In this document: one piece after another, positions 32,392-44,300 of the stretch
Layout of the letters: each line of letters begins with the position of its first letter
How positions within the stretch are numbered: the first letter of the stretch is position 1
Assembly (NCBI GenBank): GCA_012514535.1
Contig: JAAZAA010000056.1
Coordinates: forward strand, 3,932 to 67,931
Direction of reading: 5' to 3'
DNA: 64,000 nt
Source: Myxococcales bacterium
Lineage (GTDB): Bacteria; Myxococcota_A; Polyangia; Polyangiales; Polyangiaceae
The notes under the pieces: model-generated
Told to the model about the DNA's origin: nothing
Databases searched by the model: none
What the model saw: only the letters and a program-made list of their open reading frames with translations
Position numbers and translations under genes: made by a program

Positions 32392-34755
32392 ATGCATGGC
32401 GCGGAGCGAACGTGGACGCGAGCGGGTGTTGGCTGCGCGATCCTCCTGGCAGGGTTGGTCGCCTGTTCTTCCGGAGGCGAAGGCAGGGGCGCGGGAGGAG
32501 GGGGCGGCGGAAAGGCCAAAGGCTCGGGCGCGGGCGCCCAGGACGACGGCAACCCGCTGCTGGATCTCGACGGCGTCACGGAACACGTCAGCGAGCCCCC
32601 CGTCTGCTCCCCGGAGCCCTTCCCGCTGACATACACCTGCGAAGGCACCCCGGGTCCCTGGGCGGAGGCCCTGCAAAAGGCCCTGTGGTTCTTCAACGTG
32701 AACAAGTCCGGTCCCGGCGTGCACTGCACCGACGTGCAATGGCGCGGGGACGCCCACGTCGGCGACGGCGTGATCGCGCTCGATCCGGACGACCCCAACG
32801 GCGTGAACCTCAGCCAGGCCTTCATCGACGAGCACCGCGCGGTGCTCGATCCGGACGGCGACGGCACCGTCGATCTCGCGGGCGGCTATCACGACGCTGG
32901 CGACTACATCAAATTCACCCTGACGACGGCCTTCGCCGCGTCGATGATCGCCTGGAGCGTCTACGAGTACCCCGACTCCTACACGACGACGAGCCTCCTC
33001 GACGAGGCGCTGGGCCAGGTCCGCTGGGCGGCCGACTACTTCATGAAATCGACCTTCCGCGACGCGGACGGCAAGCTCGTCGCCTTCGCACATCAGGTCG
33101 CGGACGCGTCGGACCACTCCTGCTTCTGGATGCCCCCCGAGGTGCGTCGGACGGATCTGTGCCCCCGCAAGGCTTACTTCGTCCATGAAGGGCGCCCCGC
33201 CGCCGACGTCACCGCCGCGGCCGCCGCGACGCTCGCTCTCACGGGGATCGTCACCTACGCGCACCGCAAGACCGAAGCGGACGTCGAGTACGCCGAGCGC
33301 TGCCTCGACTACGCGAAAGCGTTGTATGAGTTCGCTGCACGGCACCCCGAGGCTCGCGCGAGCGACGACGGCGGCCTCTACACGTCGAACAGCTCGACGG
33401 ACGATTTGGCCTGGGCCGCGCTCTGGATCTATCTGGCCAACCCCGGGAAGAACAAGGCGTACCTCGACGCGATCGTGACCGGCGACAAGCCTTGGCTCTC
33501 CTTCGGGTCCCAGGCGAACATCCTCCAGCCAGGCCCCAACGGACAGTGGGTGCCTGCCTGGGCCGAGAGCTCACCCCACTCTTGGGACTCCATGCGCTCT
33601 GGCGTCATCGTCAAGCTGGCGCAGATCATGACGGATCGTGGCGATCCGATGGCTCCCCGCTGGGTGTCGATCGCACGAGAGATGGCGGAGGGCTTCGCCT
33701 CCGGGTCGTCGACGCCGGACGGCTTCTACGTCTACGCGAGCTGGGGATCGGCGCGCTACAACGCCGCCGCGCAGTTCACGACGCTGCTGTTCACCCGGGC
33801 GTTTCCGGACGACTCCGCCGCCGACACCCTCACCCGCTGGGCGCGCCGCCAGATCGATTACATCCTCGGCGACAACGACCTCGGGAAATCCTTCGTGATG
33901 GGCTACACGGACAGCTACGCGCTGCAGCCCCACCACGCGGCGGGGCACGCTTCCATCTACGGCCAGCCGAGCATCCCGGCCGAGAACCGCCACACCATTT
34001 GGGGCGCGCTCGTGAACGGACCGCAGGGTGACGGCTCCCACGTCGACGACCGGGACGACTACGGCTCGAACGAGGTCACGATCGACTACAACGCCGCCCT
34101 CGTCGCGGCGTTGGCGGCGCACTACGGCGATCGGGGCGCGGGAGAGTGCCCGCTCCTGTACTTCCCGCCGCTGGAGGATCCCATCGACGAGTTCTACGCG
34201 ATGGCCAACCTCAACGACGAACCCGGCGTGTGTCGGACGCAGGTCAACATCCGCACGATGAACGAGTCGATCCACCCACCGCGCTACGACGAGAAGCTCA
34301 CGACGCGCTTCTGGTTCGACGCCAGCGAGGTGATCGCCGCGGGCCTCGACCCCGTGAGCGCGGTGACGGCGCAGGTGATGCGTGACACGGGGACGAGCGC
34401 CACTCCGCCCGTGCCGACCCGGATCAGCGGCCCCATCGCCTGCGACACCGACGCCGGGGTTTACTACTTCGAGCTCGACCATACGGGCGCCAAGTTCTGG
34501 GGGCTCCTCCCCGTCCTCGGCGCGCCCCGAGACGTCCTGCTCGAGTACGGGCTCCCCCAGGCCGCGAGCTGCCCCTGGGACTCGAGCAACGACTGGAGCC
34601 TCCTGAACCTCCAGGTGGGAGGCACCGAGGAAGTCGCCAAGACGCCCTACGTCACCGTCTACAGCGACGGCGAGCTCATCTGGGGAGAGGAACCACCGTG
34701 CATGGGCGAGCGAAAGAAGGCCGAGCCTCCGCCGCCCCCCGTCTACGTCCGCTGA
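32392..34755 (+). CDS. Glycoside hydrolase family 9 endoglucanase with C-terminal CBM3c-like module, predicted lipoprotein
   Basis: ATG 32392 gives MHGAERTWTRAGVGCAILLAGLVAC. GH9 signature DLAGGYHDAGDYIKF, with WAALWIY and HHAAGHAS. The C-terminal ~200 aa are beta-rich (FYAMANLNDEPGVCRTQVNIRTMN). Confidence 0.9.
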   Translation: MHGAERTWTRAGVGCAILLAGLVACSSGGEGRGAGGGGGGKAKGSGAGAQDDGNPLLDLDGVTEHVSEPPVCSPEPFPLTYTCEGTPGPWAEALQKALWFFNVNKSGPGVHCTDVQWRGDAHVGDGVIALDPDDPNGVNLSQAFIDEHRAVLDPDGDGTVDLAGGYHDAGDYIKFTLTTAFAASMIAWSVYEYPDSYTTTSLLDEALGQVRWAADYFMKSTFRDADGKLVAFAHQVADASDHSCFWMPPEVRRTDLCPRKAYFVHEGRPAADVTAAAAATLALTGIVTYAHRKTEADVEYAERCLDYAKALYEFAARHPEARASDDGGLYTSNSSTDDLAWAALWIYLANPGKNKAYLDAIVTGDKPWLSFGSQANILQPGPNGQWVPAWAESSPHSWDSMRSGVIVKLAQIMTDRGDPMAPRWVSIAREMAEGFASGSSTPDGFYVYASWGSARYNAAAQFTTLLFTRAFPDDSAADTLTRWARRQIDYILGDNDLGKSFVMGYTDSYALQPHHAAGHASIYGQPSIPAENRHTIWGALVNGPQGDGSHVDDRDDYGSNEVTIDYNAALVAALAAHYGDRGAGECPLLYFPPLEDPIDEFYAMANLNDEPGVCRTQVNIRTMNESIHPPRYDEKLTTRFWFDASEVIAAGLDPVSAVTAQVMRDTGTSATPPVPTRISGPIACDTDAGVYYFELDHTGAKFWGLLPVLGAPRDVLLEYGLPQAASCPWDSSNDWSLLNLQVGGTEEVAKTPYVTVYSDGELIWGEEPPCMGERKKAEPPPPPVYVR

Positions 34756-34764
34756 GGTCCCGTC

Positions 34765-35313
34765 ATGCGCCGCCCTCGCCCGCTCACCTTCCTCACCCTC
34801 GTGGCCACCTTGTCCACCGCGTGGGGCTGCGCCCGCGCGGATTGGGGGCCCGAGCCCGACTCGGCCCCGGGCGGCGCGCCCAGCCTACCCCGACCACCAG
34901 CCAGCACCGGAGGGGTCACCGGCCACGCGGGGGACACCGGCACGGGTGGCACGGGGTTGACGAGCGGCGAGTTCGGCTCGGAAGAGCCAGACCCCGAGAG
35001 CCCCGAGCAGTGCGAGCCTCTGGCGACACCGACGTGTGACTGGTCGCGCGTCGATGGTTGCTGCCAGGAACACGCCTGCACGCGCGCCAGCGGTGCGGAC
35101 GTGTTCAACCTGTACCCCGTCGAGAGCTGCGAGGATCTCGTCTCCTGCGTCCAGGCGCACCCCGGGTGCTCGACCCCGGAGGATCCGCTCTGCTTCCAGA
35201 ACGAAGCTCCGGACGCACCGTGCCTGCGGGAGGGCTACCAGGCCTCCCACGAGGACCCCGACGGTCCCTTCGCCTGGACCGCCGAGCTCGTCCGCTGCGT
35301 GTGCGGGTACTGA
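34765..35313 (+). CDS. Cys-rich secreted lipoprotein, unknown function
   Basis: MRRPRPLTFLTLVATLSTAWGC lipobox, a Gly/Thr/Pro linker, then a ~100-aa domain with 12 Cys after the lipobox Cys (CEPLATPTCDWSRVDGCCQEHAC...CEDLVSC...C...C...C...CVC). The start lies 10 nt after the GH9-2 stop. Confidence 0.6.
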   Translation: MRRPRPLTFLTLVATLSTAWGCARADWGPEPDSAPGGAPSLPRPPASTGGVTGHAGDTGTGGTGLTSGEFGSEEPDPESPEQCEPLATPTCDWSRVDGCCQEHACTRASGADVFNLYPVESCEDLVSCVQAHPGCSTPEDPLCFQNEAPDAPCLREGYQASHEDPDGPFAWTAELVRCVCGY

Positions 35314-35357
35314 GCAGCGCCCACGCGCCGCTGCGCCGATCGCCGAGCTCCGGCAAC

Positions 35358-35385
35358 CCAGCCTGGCCCCGCCGGGCCAGGCTGG
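35358..35385. terminator. Strong hairpin between convergent genes (bidirectional terminator candidate)
   Basis: CCAGCCTGGCCC - CGCC - GGGCCAGGCTGG, a perfect 12-bp stem with a 4-nt loop, followed by TT. Confidence 0.6.
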
Positions 35386-35395
35386 TTCCATCGGC

Positions 35396-38300
35396 TCAGC
35401 CCAGCTCCTCGAGGCCGCGCTTGGCGTCTTCGAGGCTCTCGTCGAGCTGCAGCGCCCGCTCGAAGTTCTGCTTGGCCTTGGGGAGCTCCCCGAGCTTCTG
35501 GTGGATCTGCCCGAGGCGGCAGAAGACCTCCGCCTTGGTCACCGGGGAGCTGTCGTCGAGCTTCTGCAGACGGAGGGCCAGGTACATCTTCTGGGCGTTC
35601 TTGTAGTCCTCCGTCTGGTACGCGAGGTCGCCGAGCTGCTTGAGCACGTGGACGTTCCCCGGCTCGATGCGGAACGCCTTGTTGAGCTCGTCGAGGGCCT
35701 TCTCCGTGTCGCCCTGGGACAGGTGAGCCGTCGCCAGGCGGCGATGGATCTCTGCGACCTCCTTCGATCGCTTGCCCGCGAAGCTCTCCACGACCTTCTG
35801 CAGGACCTCCACCGCCTCCGCACCCCGTCCCGAGGCGGAGTACGCGTCACTGAGCTCCATCAGCAGGTCACGGTCCTCCGGATCGAGCTCGCTGGCGCGG
35901 GCCAAGAGCTCCGCGGCCTGGGCGGTGTCATCCCGCTTCGTGCGATGCAGCTCCGCCGCTTCGCGGAAGAGCGCGACCTTGTCCGCTGGCTCCTCGGCGG
36001 CCTCTGCGTCCTCGACGAGCAAGGCGGCGAGCTTGTCCCACGCGCCGTTCGCCTCGTACTGGGACCGGAGGCGTCCACGCACCTCCTCGCTGGGCCCACC
36101 GCTCTGCAGAGCGCGTTCGAGGGCCGCCGCGGCCTTCTCGCCCTCTTCCAGCTCACGGTAGAGCTCCGCGAGCTCGACGCCTCGAGTCACGGCCTCCTCT
36201 CCTTCGAGGAGCGGCACGAGCCGTTCCAGGGCAGCGGCGCTCTCGGGGCGGCTCCCCTCGGCGTCATGTAGCCGCACGAGGGCCTCCAGCGCTCCCCGGT
36301 GGTTCGGGTCGCGCTCGAGCACCTCCTGATAGCGCTCCACCGCGCGGCCACCGTCCCCGAGGGGCCCCTCGTAGAGGTTCCCGAGACGGACGAGGAACCT
36401 GAGCTCGGACTCCTGGTCTCCTCGCTCCCGCGCCCCCTGGATCTGCGCATCGAGGAGATCAGCGAGCTCGTCGTTCCGGCCATCCTTCTCGTAGAGATCG
36501 CTGAGCATCACCACGGCGTCCGCCTGAGCGGGCAGCTCGTCCAGGATCGTCTGGAGGAGGTCGATGGCCGCGACGTGATCGTCCAGCCGCTCCACGAACA
36601 GGCGCGCGAGGTCGAGCCGCAAGCCGTTGCGTCGCTCCAGATCGTCCTCGAGATCGATCAGGCGCTCGCTGAGCCGCGACAGCTCCAGCCACTTCTCACC
36701 GCGCTCGTAGGCGGCCCAGAGGGCCTCCGACGCCTTGCGGTCCGTGGGCTCGTCCTCGAAGAGCTGCTCGAACAGCTCCGTGGCACGGTCCAGCTGCTCC
36801 AGGTGCTGGAGAGCGATCTCCGCGGCCTCGAAGCGCAGCGCGCGCACCGTCTTCATGTCGAGCTCGAGCTCCGCGCGGCGCACGAGCAGATCGAAGGTCT
36901 CCTGATGGTCCCCCGCGCTGCGCCGGGCCTCCGTGAGGCCAGCCAGCGCCCAGAGGTTCACCTCGTCGAGCTCGATCACCTTGCGCAGCAGCCGCTCCCC
37001 GAGGGCAGCGTCGCCGAGCCCGTCACAGAGCTCCTTGGCGCGTCGGTACATGCCGAGGCGCTCCTCGTCGTCGAGGGCCAGGCGCGCGCGCCGCTCCAAG
37101 GTCGCGATCAGGTCCCGCTCGCGCCCCGGATCGGTCTGCAGCGCCTCGAGCTCCGCCAGCACTTCGTCGTTGTCTGGCTCGAACTCGCTCGCCTTCACCA
37201 GAGCGGCCTCCGCCGCCGCGCGATCACCGAGTTTGTCCCGCTGCCAGGAGGCCACACGCACACACAGCTCGCGACCGCTCACGGGATCGAGGCCCTCCGC
37301 GGCCTCCACCGCCGACAGCACCGCCTGCGCTGCGTCCGCCCAGGCGCCGGTGATCGGGGCCAGGCGCTCGATCTCGTCCAACAGCGCGGCGTCGGTGGGA
37401 TCGTCCGCCAGACCTTGCTGCAGCACCTTCTGCGCGGCGCCAGGATCCTGGCAGTCTTCCTCCAGCACGCGCGCCAGCTCCCGACGCATGTCGATGCGCT
37501 CGACGATCGTCTCCGCCTTCGTCACGCGCCGCTCGAAGAGCCCCGCGAGGCGGTCCGTCTGTGACCGCTCCCGGTAGACGCCCTCCAGGACCTCGAAGGC
37601 CTCCTCGAAGCAGGTCGGCTCTTCCAGCAGCTGCTCCAAGAGCTCGGCCGCGCCCCGGTGTGCGCGATCGCGCTCGATGGCCAGGCGGAGCGATCCGAGC
37701 GCCTCGGCGGGTCGCTTCAGCTCCTCGAGCTGCAGACGACCCAGGCGGTAGTACAGCTCCGCCTGCTCCTCGTCGGCGTCCTCCAGGGCGAGACGCCTCT
37801 CCAGCACGCCCTGGAGCTCCTCGAGCTCACCGGACGCGGAGTAGAGGCGATCGAGAGCCTCGAGGAGCTCCGGCTGATCGCCCGCCTGCTCCGTCGCCCG
37901 GACGTAGGCGCGGATGGCGCGCTTGCCGTCGGACAGCGCCTGCTCCGCGAGCCGCCCGGCGCGCACCAGGAGGTCCCGCGCGATCTCGGCGTCGTAGGTC
38001 TCGCCGCCCCGCTCCTCGAGCGCGGCCACGTAGGCCTCCCAGTCGCCGGTCTGCGCCGCGAGCCGCTCGATCTCGACATGAAGATCGAGGGCCTCGGGCG
38101 TCTCTGCCAGTGCACGCAGGAGCGTCTTCAGCGCGTGCCTGGCGTTGCCGAGGGCCGACTCCTCCACCTGGGCGATCGCGCGCAGGGTCTCCGCCCGGGT
38201 GGACGGCTCCACCTCGATGGTGAGCCGCATCTCGAGCACGTCGATGAGCCGCTCGTGCAAGCCGCTCTGCCGCAAGACGGGCACGAGCACCTCGGCCGCG

Positions 38301-41300
38301 AGCCCCCGCAGGTGCTCGTGCTCCTGACCCAGCGCCCGCACGGCGTCGAGGCTCTCCTCGTCGTCGGAGCGCTCTTCCAGCACCAGGCGGTAGGCTTCGA
38401 TCGCCTCCTCGAAGCTCTCGAGCTTGCTCGCCAGGATGCGGCCGACCTCCGTGCGCAGCTGGATGCGGCGCTCGGGGTTCTGCTCCGTGCTCGCCTCGAG
38501 CCGCAGGTTGTCGAGCAGATCGGGCCACATCTCCTCGGCGCGATAGAGCCGGTTGAGCTCGGCCCGGGTCTCGGCGCTGTCCGGGCGCAGCGCGATCGCC
38601 TGCACCAGCGACTCGATCGCCCGCGGGCGGTCGATGAGATCCTGCTCCAGACGGCGGGCGGATCGCGTCATCAGCTCGAACTTGAGCTCGTCCTCCTCCG
38701 GCGTCGCGAGGTCGAAGCGCTGCTGGTAGAGGTCGACCAGACGCGCCGCCTCGCCGCGCCCCTCGTGGAGCGCGATCAGACAATCCAGGGTCGGCGCGTG
38801 GCTCGGATCGATGTCGAAGGCCTGCTCGTACGCCTCGAGGGCCCCCGGGGCGTCGTCGAGCATGTGCTGACGCAGCTCGCCGATGCGTCGCCACGCCTCC
38901 GCCCGCTCGTCCTCCTCGAACACGAGGTCCGCCTTGGCCAAGAGGGCCGTCTCGAGGGTCTTCCAGTCGCTCAGCAGCAGGGAGAGCCTCTCCATGCTCA
39001 GGACCGGCTCGAGCTCCCCTTGCTCGATGTCGTGCAGACCCACGTACGCGTTCAGGGCCTTCCTCGGATCGTCGAGGTGTCGGTCGTGGACGGCCGCGAG
39101 CTTCGCGAGCAGGTCGCGCTTGCCGAGGAGATCGGGGTGCTCGGCCAAGAGCTGGTCGTAGATCTCCGTGAGCTCGTCCCAGCTCTCGGTCGCCTCCACC
39201 AGGCGCTCGTAGTCGGCGCGTACGTCCGGGTCGTCGGGTTCGACGCGCACCGCCTCGGCGAGGACTCGCCGCGCCTTGCCCTGGTCCTGGCCCCGGGACT
39301 CCCAGAGCTCCGCCGTCTCCCGGAGGACGCTCACCTGCTCGGCGGGATCCGTCGCCAGGGAGAAGCGGTCCTCGTTCAGCTTGATGAGCCGCTTCCAGTC
39401 GTCGGCCGACTCGTAGAGCGGCCGCAGGATCTCCACGATCCGCTCCTTCAGGGTCTCGTGCTCACGGAACGCCTCCAGGGAGCGGATGGCCTCCGTGTGG
39501 GTGGGGAGCTCGCGCACGATCTCCTCGAGCTGGTCGACGGCGCGCTCCGTCTGGCCCAGCCGCGTGTCGAACAACCGCGCCAGCGACAGGCGGAAGTCCG
39601 CCGCCGCCTCGGGAGCGCTGTCTTCGGCGCGCCGCTGGTAGAGCTCGGCGAGATCCTCCCAGCGCTCCTTCGTCGTGTAGAGCTCCGTCAGGGCGTCGAG
39701 GGAGCTCGAGTCGCGCTCGTCGATCTCGAGCACCGCCTGGTGCGCCTCGATGGCCGCGTCCAGATCCTGGAGGTGGTCCCGCTGCAGGGCGGCCACCGTG
39801 TGCAGGAGGCGCACGCGGTCGTCCGGCTCGTAGCGATGCTCCAGCGCCGTGCCGTACAGCTCGACGCGCTCCTGATGAGCCTCCGCGCGGATCAAGATCG
39901 CGTCGATGGCCTCGAAGAGATCCTGAGCTTCGGGAGCGAACGCCAGCGCGCGCCGGTACAAGGGCAACGCCTGCGCGTCGTTGCCCCCTTCGACGAAGAG
40001 CTCCGCGGCGCGCCGCGCCAGCCGCGTGCTGCCCTCGTCGTCCACCTCGACGTGCTCGAGCCGGGCGGCGTAGATCTCCGCCAAGCGCTGGTGCGCTCCG
40101 GCGACCTTCGCCAGACGCTCGAGCTCCGAGACGATCTCCTCGTCGTTGATGTCGTCTTCGAGGAGCTGCGCCGAGATCTCGAGGGCGCCTGCGTAGTCTT
40201 CCTTCTGCTCCTCCTGGATCTGCGCCAACCGGGTGATGAGCTCCCGGCGCTCCTCGGGCACGTCGGAGCTCTCCAAGCGCGTCCGGAGCGCCGCGGTCAC
40301 GCGATCGTAGTCCGCGCGGAGCAGGTAGACCGGCTCGAGCAGCGTCGCCGCTCGGGCGCGCTGGGACGGCTCCTCGGCGCTCCCCTGCAGCTTCTCCAGA
40401 AGCTCGATCGCGCCCGCGTGCTGGTTGTCGCACTCCAGCGCCTGCTCGAGCTCGTCGAGCGCCCGCTCCACGTCGCCGCTGCGCTCTTCGGCGACGCGGG
40501 CGACCTGGACGCGCAGATCGGGCTCGCTCCCGTCCCGCTCGTCGATGCGGCGCTGCAGGAGGGACGTGAGGTCGTCCCAGCGCTCCGCCTTCGTGTAGAG
40601 GGTCTGGAGCGCTTCGACGGCCCTGGCGTCCAGGCTCGAGGTGATGATGGACTCGTACACCTCGATGGCCCGTTCGGGCTCGTTCAGCTCTCCGGACAGG
40701 AGCTCCGCCTGGCGATAGGACAGCTCACGCCGCTCGTCGTCCGAGTCGGACACCTCCGCCCGCCGCTCGAGAATCTCCAGGAGACGCGCCGCCTCCCCGG
40801 ACTCCCCGTAGAGCTCTTCGAGCGCCAACAGGGACGCTCGATCGTCCGCGCGGAGCTCGAGGACCTTGCAGTAGGTCTCCTTCGCTCGCTCCGGGGAGCC
40901 CAGCTCGTAGCGATGGAGCTCCGCCACGCGCCGGGTGACGTCCACCTGCAGGTCCCCGTCGAACAGCTCGGGGACGATGGCTTCGAGCACCTCGGCCTGC
41001 TCGCGGCGCCGACCGGTGGTGCCTGCGAGGCGATCCAGGGTGACGAGGTAAGGGGTGACGTCCCCTTGAGCCGCCGCGTCGCGCACGGCCCGCTCCGCGT
41101 AGCCGTAGGCCCGCGCCGCGTCGTCGAGGGCATCCTCGGCGATGCGGGTCGCCAGCTCGAGCTTGTCGAGGCGCTCGCTGGGATCGTCCGCGACCTCCAC
41201 CTCGATCTCGACGATCTCGATGAGCCGGGCGTGATCCCCCTCGGCCTCGTAGATCGGGTGGAGGATCTCCGCCGCCTCCATGCGCGCGGTGCGGTCCTCC

Positions 41301-44300
41301 AGCGCCAGCATCTCGTTGAGGGCGGCGCGGCTCGCCCCGTGGGTCGAGTCGATCGAGATCGCGCGCCGGTAGGCCTCCAGCGCCCCGGGGTAATCCTTGG
41401 TGTGATCCCGCCGGGAGTTGCCGAGGGCGGCGAGCACCGCGAGGCGCTCCTCGTCCGTCTCCACGATGTCCAGGTGCCGCTCGTAGGTCTCGTTCAGGTC
41501 GTCCCAGCGCTCGAGCTCCGCGAACAAGCCCTCCAGGGACTGGTAGATCTCCGCGGCGGGGCCGAACTCATCGACGATGGACTGGAACGTCTCCACCGCG
41601 GCGCTCTTCTGCTCCAGGCGATCGCGCTGCACCTCCGCCTGCCGCAGCAGGAGCGCGCGACGCTCCTCACCGCTGGCGAGATCACGACGTCGTTCGAGGA
41701 CGCCGACGAGCTGCTCCCAGCGACCGGCGCGGGTGTAGAGATCGTCGAGAGCCGCGAGGGCTTCCGGTTCGTCCGGGGTCTCCTCCAGGCGGGCCTCCCA
41801 GGCCGCGATCGCGCCCTCGGTGTCCCCGAGCACCTCCGCCGACAGCTCTCCGATGCGCGCCAGGAGCTCGCCGCGACGCTCTCCGTCGGACTCGAGCGCC
41901 ACCTGGAGCCGCAGCACGTCCGCGAGCTCCTCGGGGCGGTTCGATCCGACGTAGATGGCCTCGAGAGCCCGCGCCGCGGGCAGGACGAGATCCGCGTCCT
42001 CGGGGTCGAGCCCGAGCACCCGTCGATACGTCCCCTCGGCGGCGGTGATGTCGCCCAAGGCCTCCTGCTGCAGGGACGCCACCTGCATGAGGATCTCCCC
42101 CTTGAGGGGTGCCTCCTCCGCCGCGTCCGCGGTGGCGACGAGGACCTCCGCCGTCCGCGCGTACCGACCCAGACGCCTGCCCGACTCGACGAGCCGCTCG
42201 CGCAGCTCCGCGTCGAGGGGATCGAGGGGCGCCAGCTCCGCGAAGACCTCGAAGGACCCTTCGTCGTCGTGGAGCCGCTCGTTCCGGAGCGTGGCGATAC
42301 GCCGCAAGAGCTCGCGCCGCTCATCCTCCCGCTGACGCTGCAGCTCCTCGTCGAGGTCCTCGCCCTCCTCCGGGCGCAGCGAGTCGACGCGCACGCAGAG
42401 CACGCGCACGAGATCCCGGGTCTCGTCCCGGAGCTCGTAGACGGTCTCGAGCGCTCGCGCCGCCCTCCCCTTGACGTTCCCGACCTCCAACAAGAGCTCG
42501 GCGACCTCCCTCGCCTCCGTGTCGTTCGGGTCGTCGAGGAGCAGGCTCTCCACGTGTCCCACCGCGCGCTCGGGCTGGTGCAGCTCGAGGGCGAGCCGAG
42601 CGGCGCGCACCCGGAGCTCGCTCAGGGCCTCGCCGGACGCGCCCTCCAGGCGGAGCTCGACGATCTCCGAGAGCCGCTCGCTGCGACCCAGACGCGAGTA
42701 GAGCCGGTCCAGCGCCTCCAAAGAGGCCGCGTGCGCCGGATCGAGCCGCAGGATGCGCTCGTGGTAGCCTGCGGCCTTGGCCGCGTCGTCGATGATCTCC
42801 TCGGCGATCAGCGCGACCTCCGCGAGCATCTCGATGCGGCGCGCCTCGTCGTCGAGCCGCTCCGTGGCCCGCTCGTAGAGGGACTCGAGCTCCCCCCAGC
42901 GCTCCGCGCCCGTCAGGATCTCCTTCAGCCGCCCGAAGGCCTGCTCGTCGTCCGGATCCAGGCCCAGGATCATCTCGAGGTACGGGACGGCGCCCAGGGA
43001 GTCGCCGAGCACCGAGTCGTGCAAGCGCGCGGCGCGGCCGGCCAGCTCCCGCAGGATCTCCGGCTCCAGCCCCTCGGCGACGCTGGATCGCAGGGTCTCC
43101 CGATAGCGCTCGGCGAGCTCCGTGGGACGCCCCGCCAAGCTCCCGAGGCGATCGCCTCGATCCCAGAGCCCGAGCTCCCCCGGATGGCTCCCGAGGGCTT
43201 CCAGGATCGCGCCCAGGGCGGCGCCGAGCTCTCCGAGCTTCTCCTCGAAGACCGTGGCCAGGCGGTGATACAGGTCGATGCGCTCGCCCGCCTCCGCCGT
43301 CTCGCCGATCAGGACGACCAGCGCGCGCGCCTCCTGGCGCGCGTCACCCGTGAGCTCGAACTGCTCCACGAGCAGCCGCGCCGCCTCGGCGCGCACTCCG
43401 GGCTCGTCCACCACCTTCTGGAGCACGTCGATCGCACGGACGCGATCGCCGTCGAGCTCCAGCGCCTCCCTCGCCGCGCTCAACGCCTCGGCAGGCTGCG
43501 CCAGTCGATCGACGTAGAGCTCCGCCAGCTCGAGCGCCTTGGTCGCCCGCTCCTCGGCGGGCGCGAGCTGCCGCTGCCGCTCCAGGCCGACGGCGGCGGC
43601 GGTCCAATCCTCTGCCGCCAGGGCGAGCCGCACGCTGGCCGCGAGAGCCACGGCGTCGTCCGGCGCGAGCTCCAGCGCCCTCGAGTAGAGCTGCCGGGCT
43701 CGATCCACCTCACCGAACTCCTCCTCGAGCTGCGCCCAGTCGTTGAGCAACCGAGCGCGCTCCGCGTCGCTCTCGGCATGCTCCGTCCGGAGCTCGTGGA
43801 GCCAGCGCAGCCCATCGCGCCGGTCCCCGCGGCGCAGGATGTTCTCGAGCAGGCTGCCCGCCTCGACGTCCGTCGGGCGCCCCTCGAGGACCCCCTGCAG
43901 GCGGGCGACCGCGTCATCGACGCGCCCGAGCTCGTCCGCGTACACGGTGGCGAGCTTCAGACAGAGCAGCCGCTGTTCGTCGGCGTGGGCCGGGCTCGGA
44001 GCGGTCTGTACCGGCACCGCCTCGACGACCGTCGCCGTCTTCTTGCGCCGACGGCGCTTACGGCGCCCGCCACCGCCGGCGGCCTGCTCCAGCTCCTCGG
44101 AGGTGGGCGGCGCCTCGCTGACGGAGGCCTTCGTGACCTCGCCGGACTGCGCCATCTCGAGGGACGACGCATCGAGCTCGGCGAGACGCCCCTCGAGCGC
44201 CGACACCAGCTCGTCCCAGTGCCCGGACGCCCGCGCCGTCTGCTCGAGCAACTCCACGGCCCGGGGATCCGCCGGGCTGATCTCGTAGGCGCGGCGCGCG

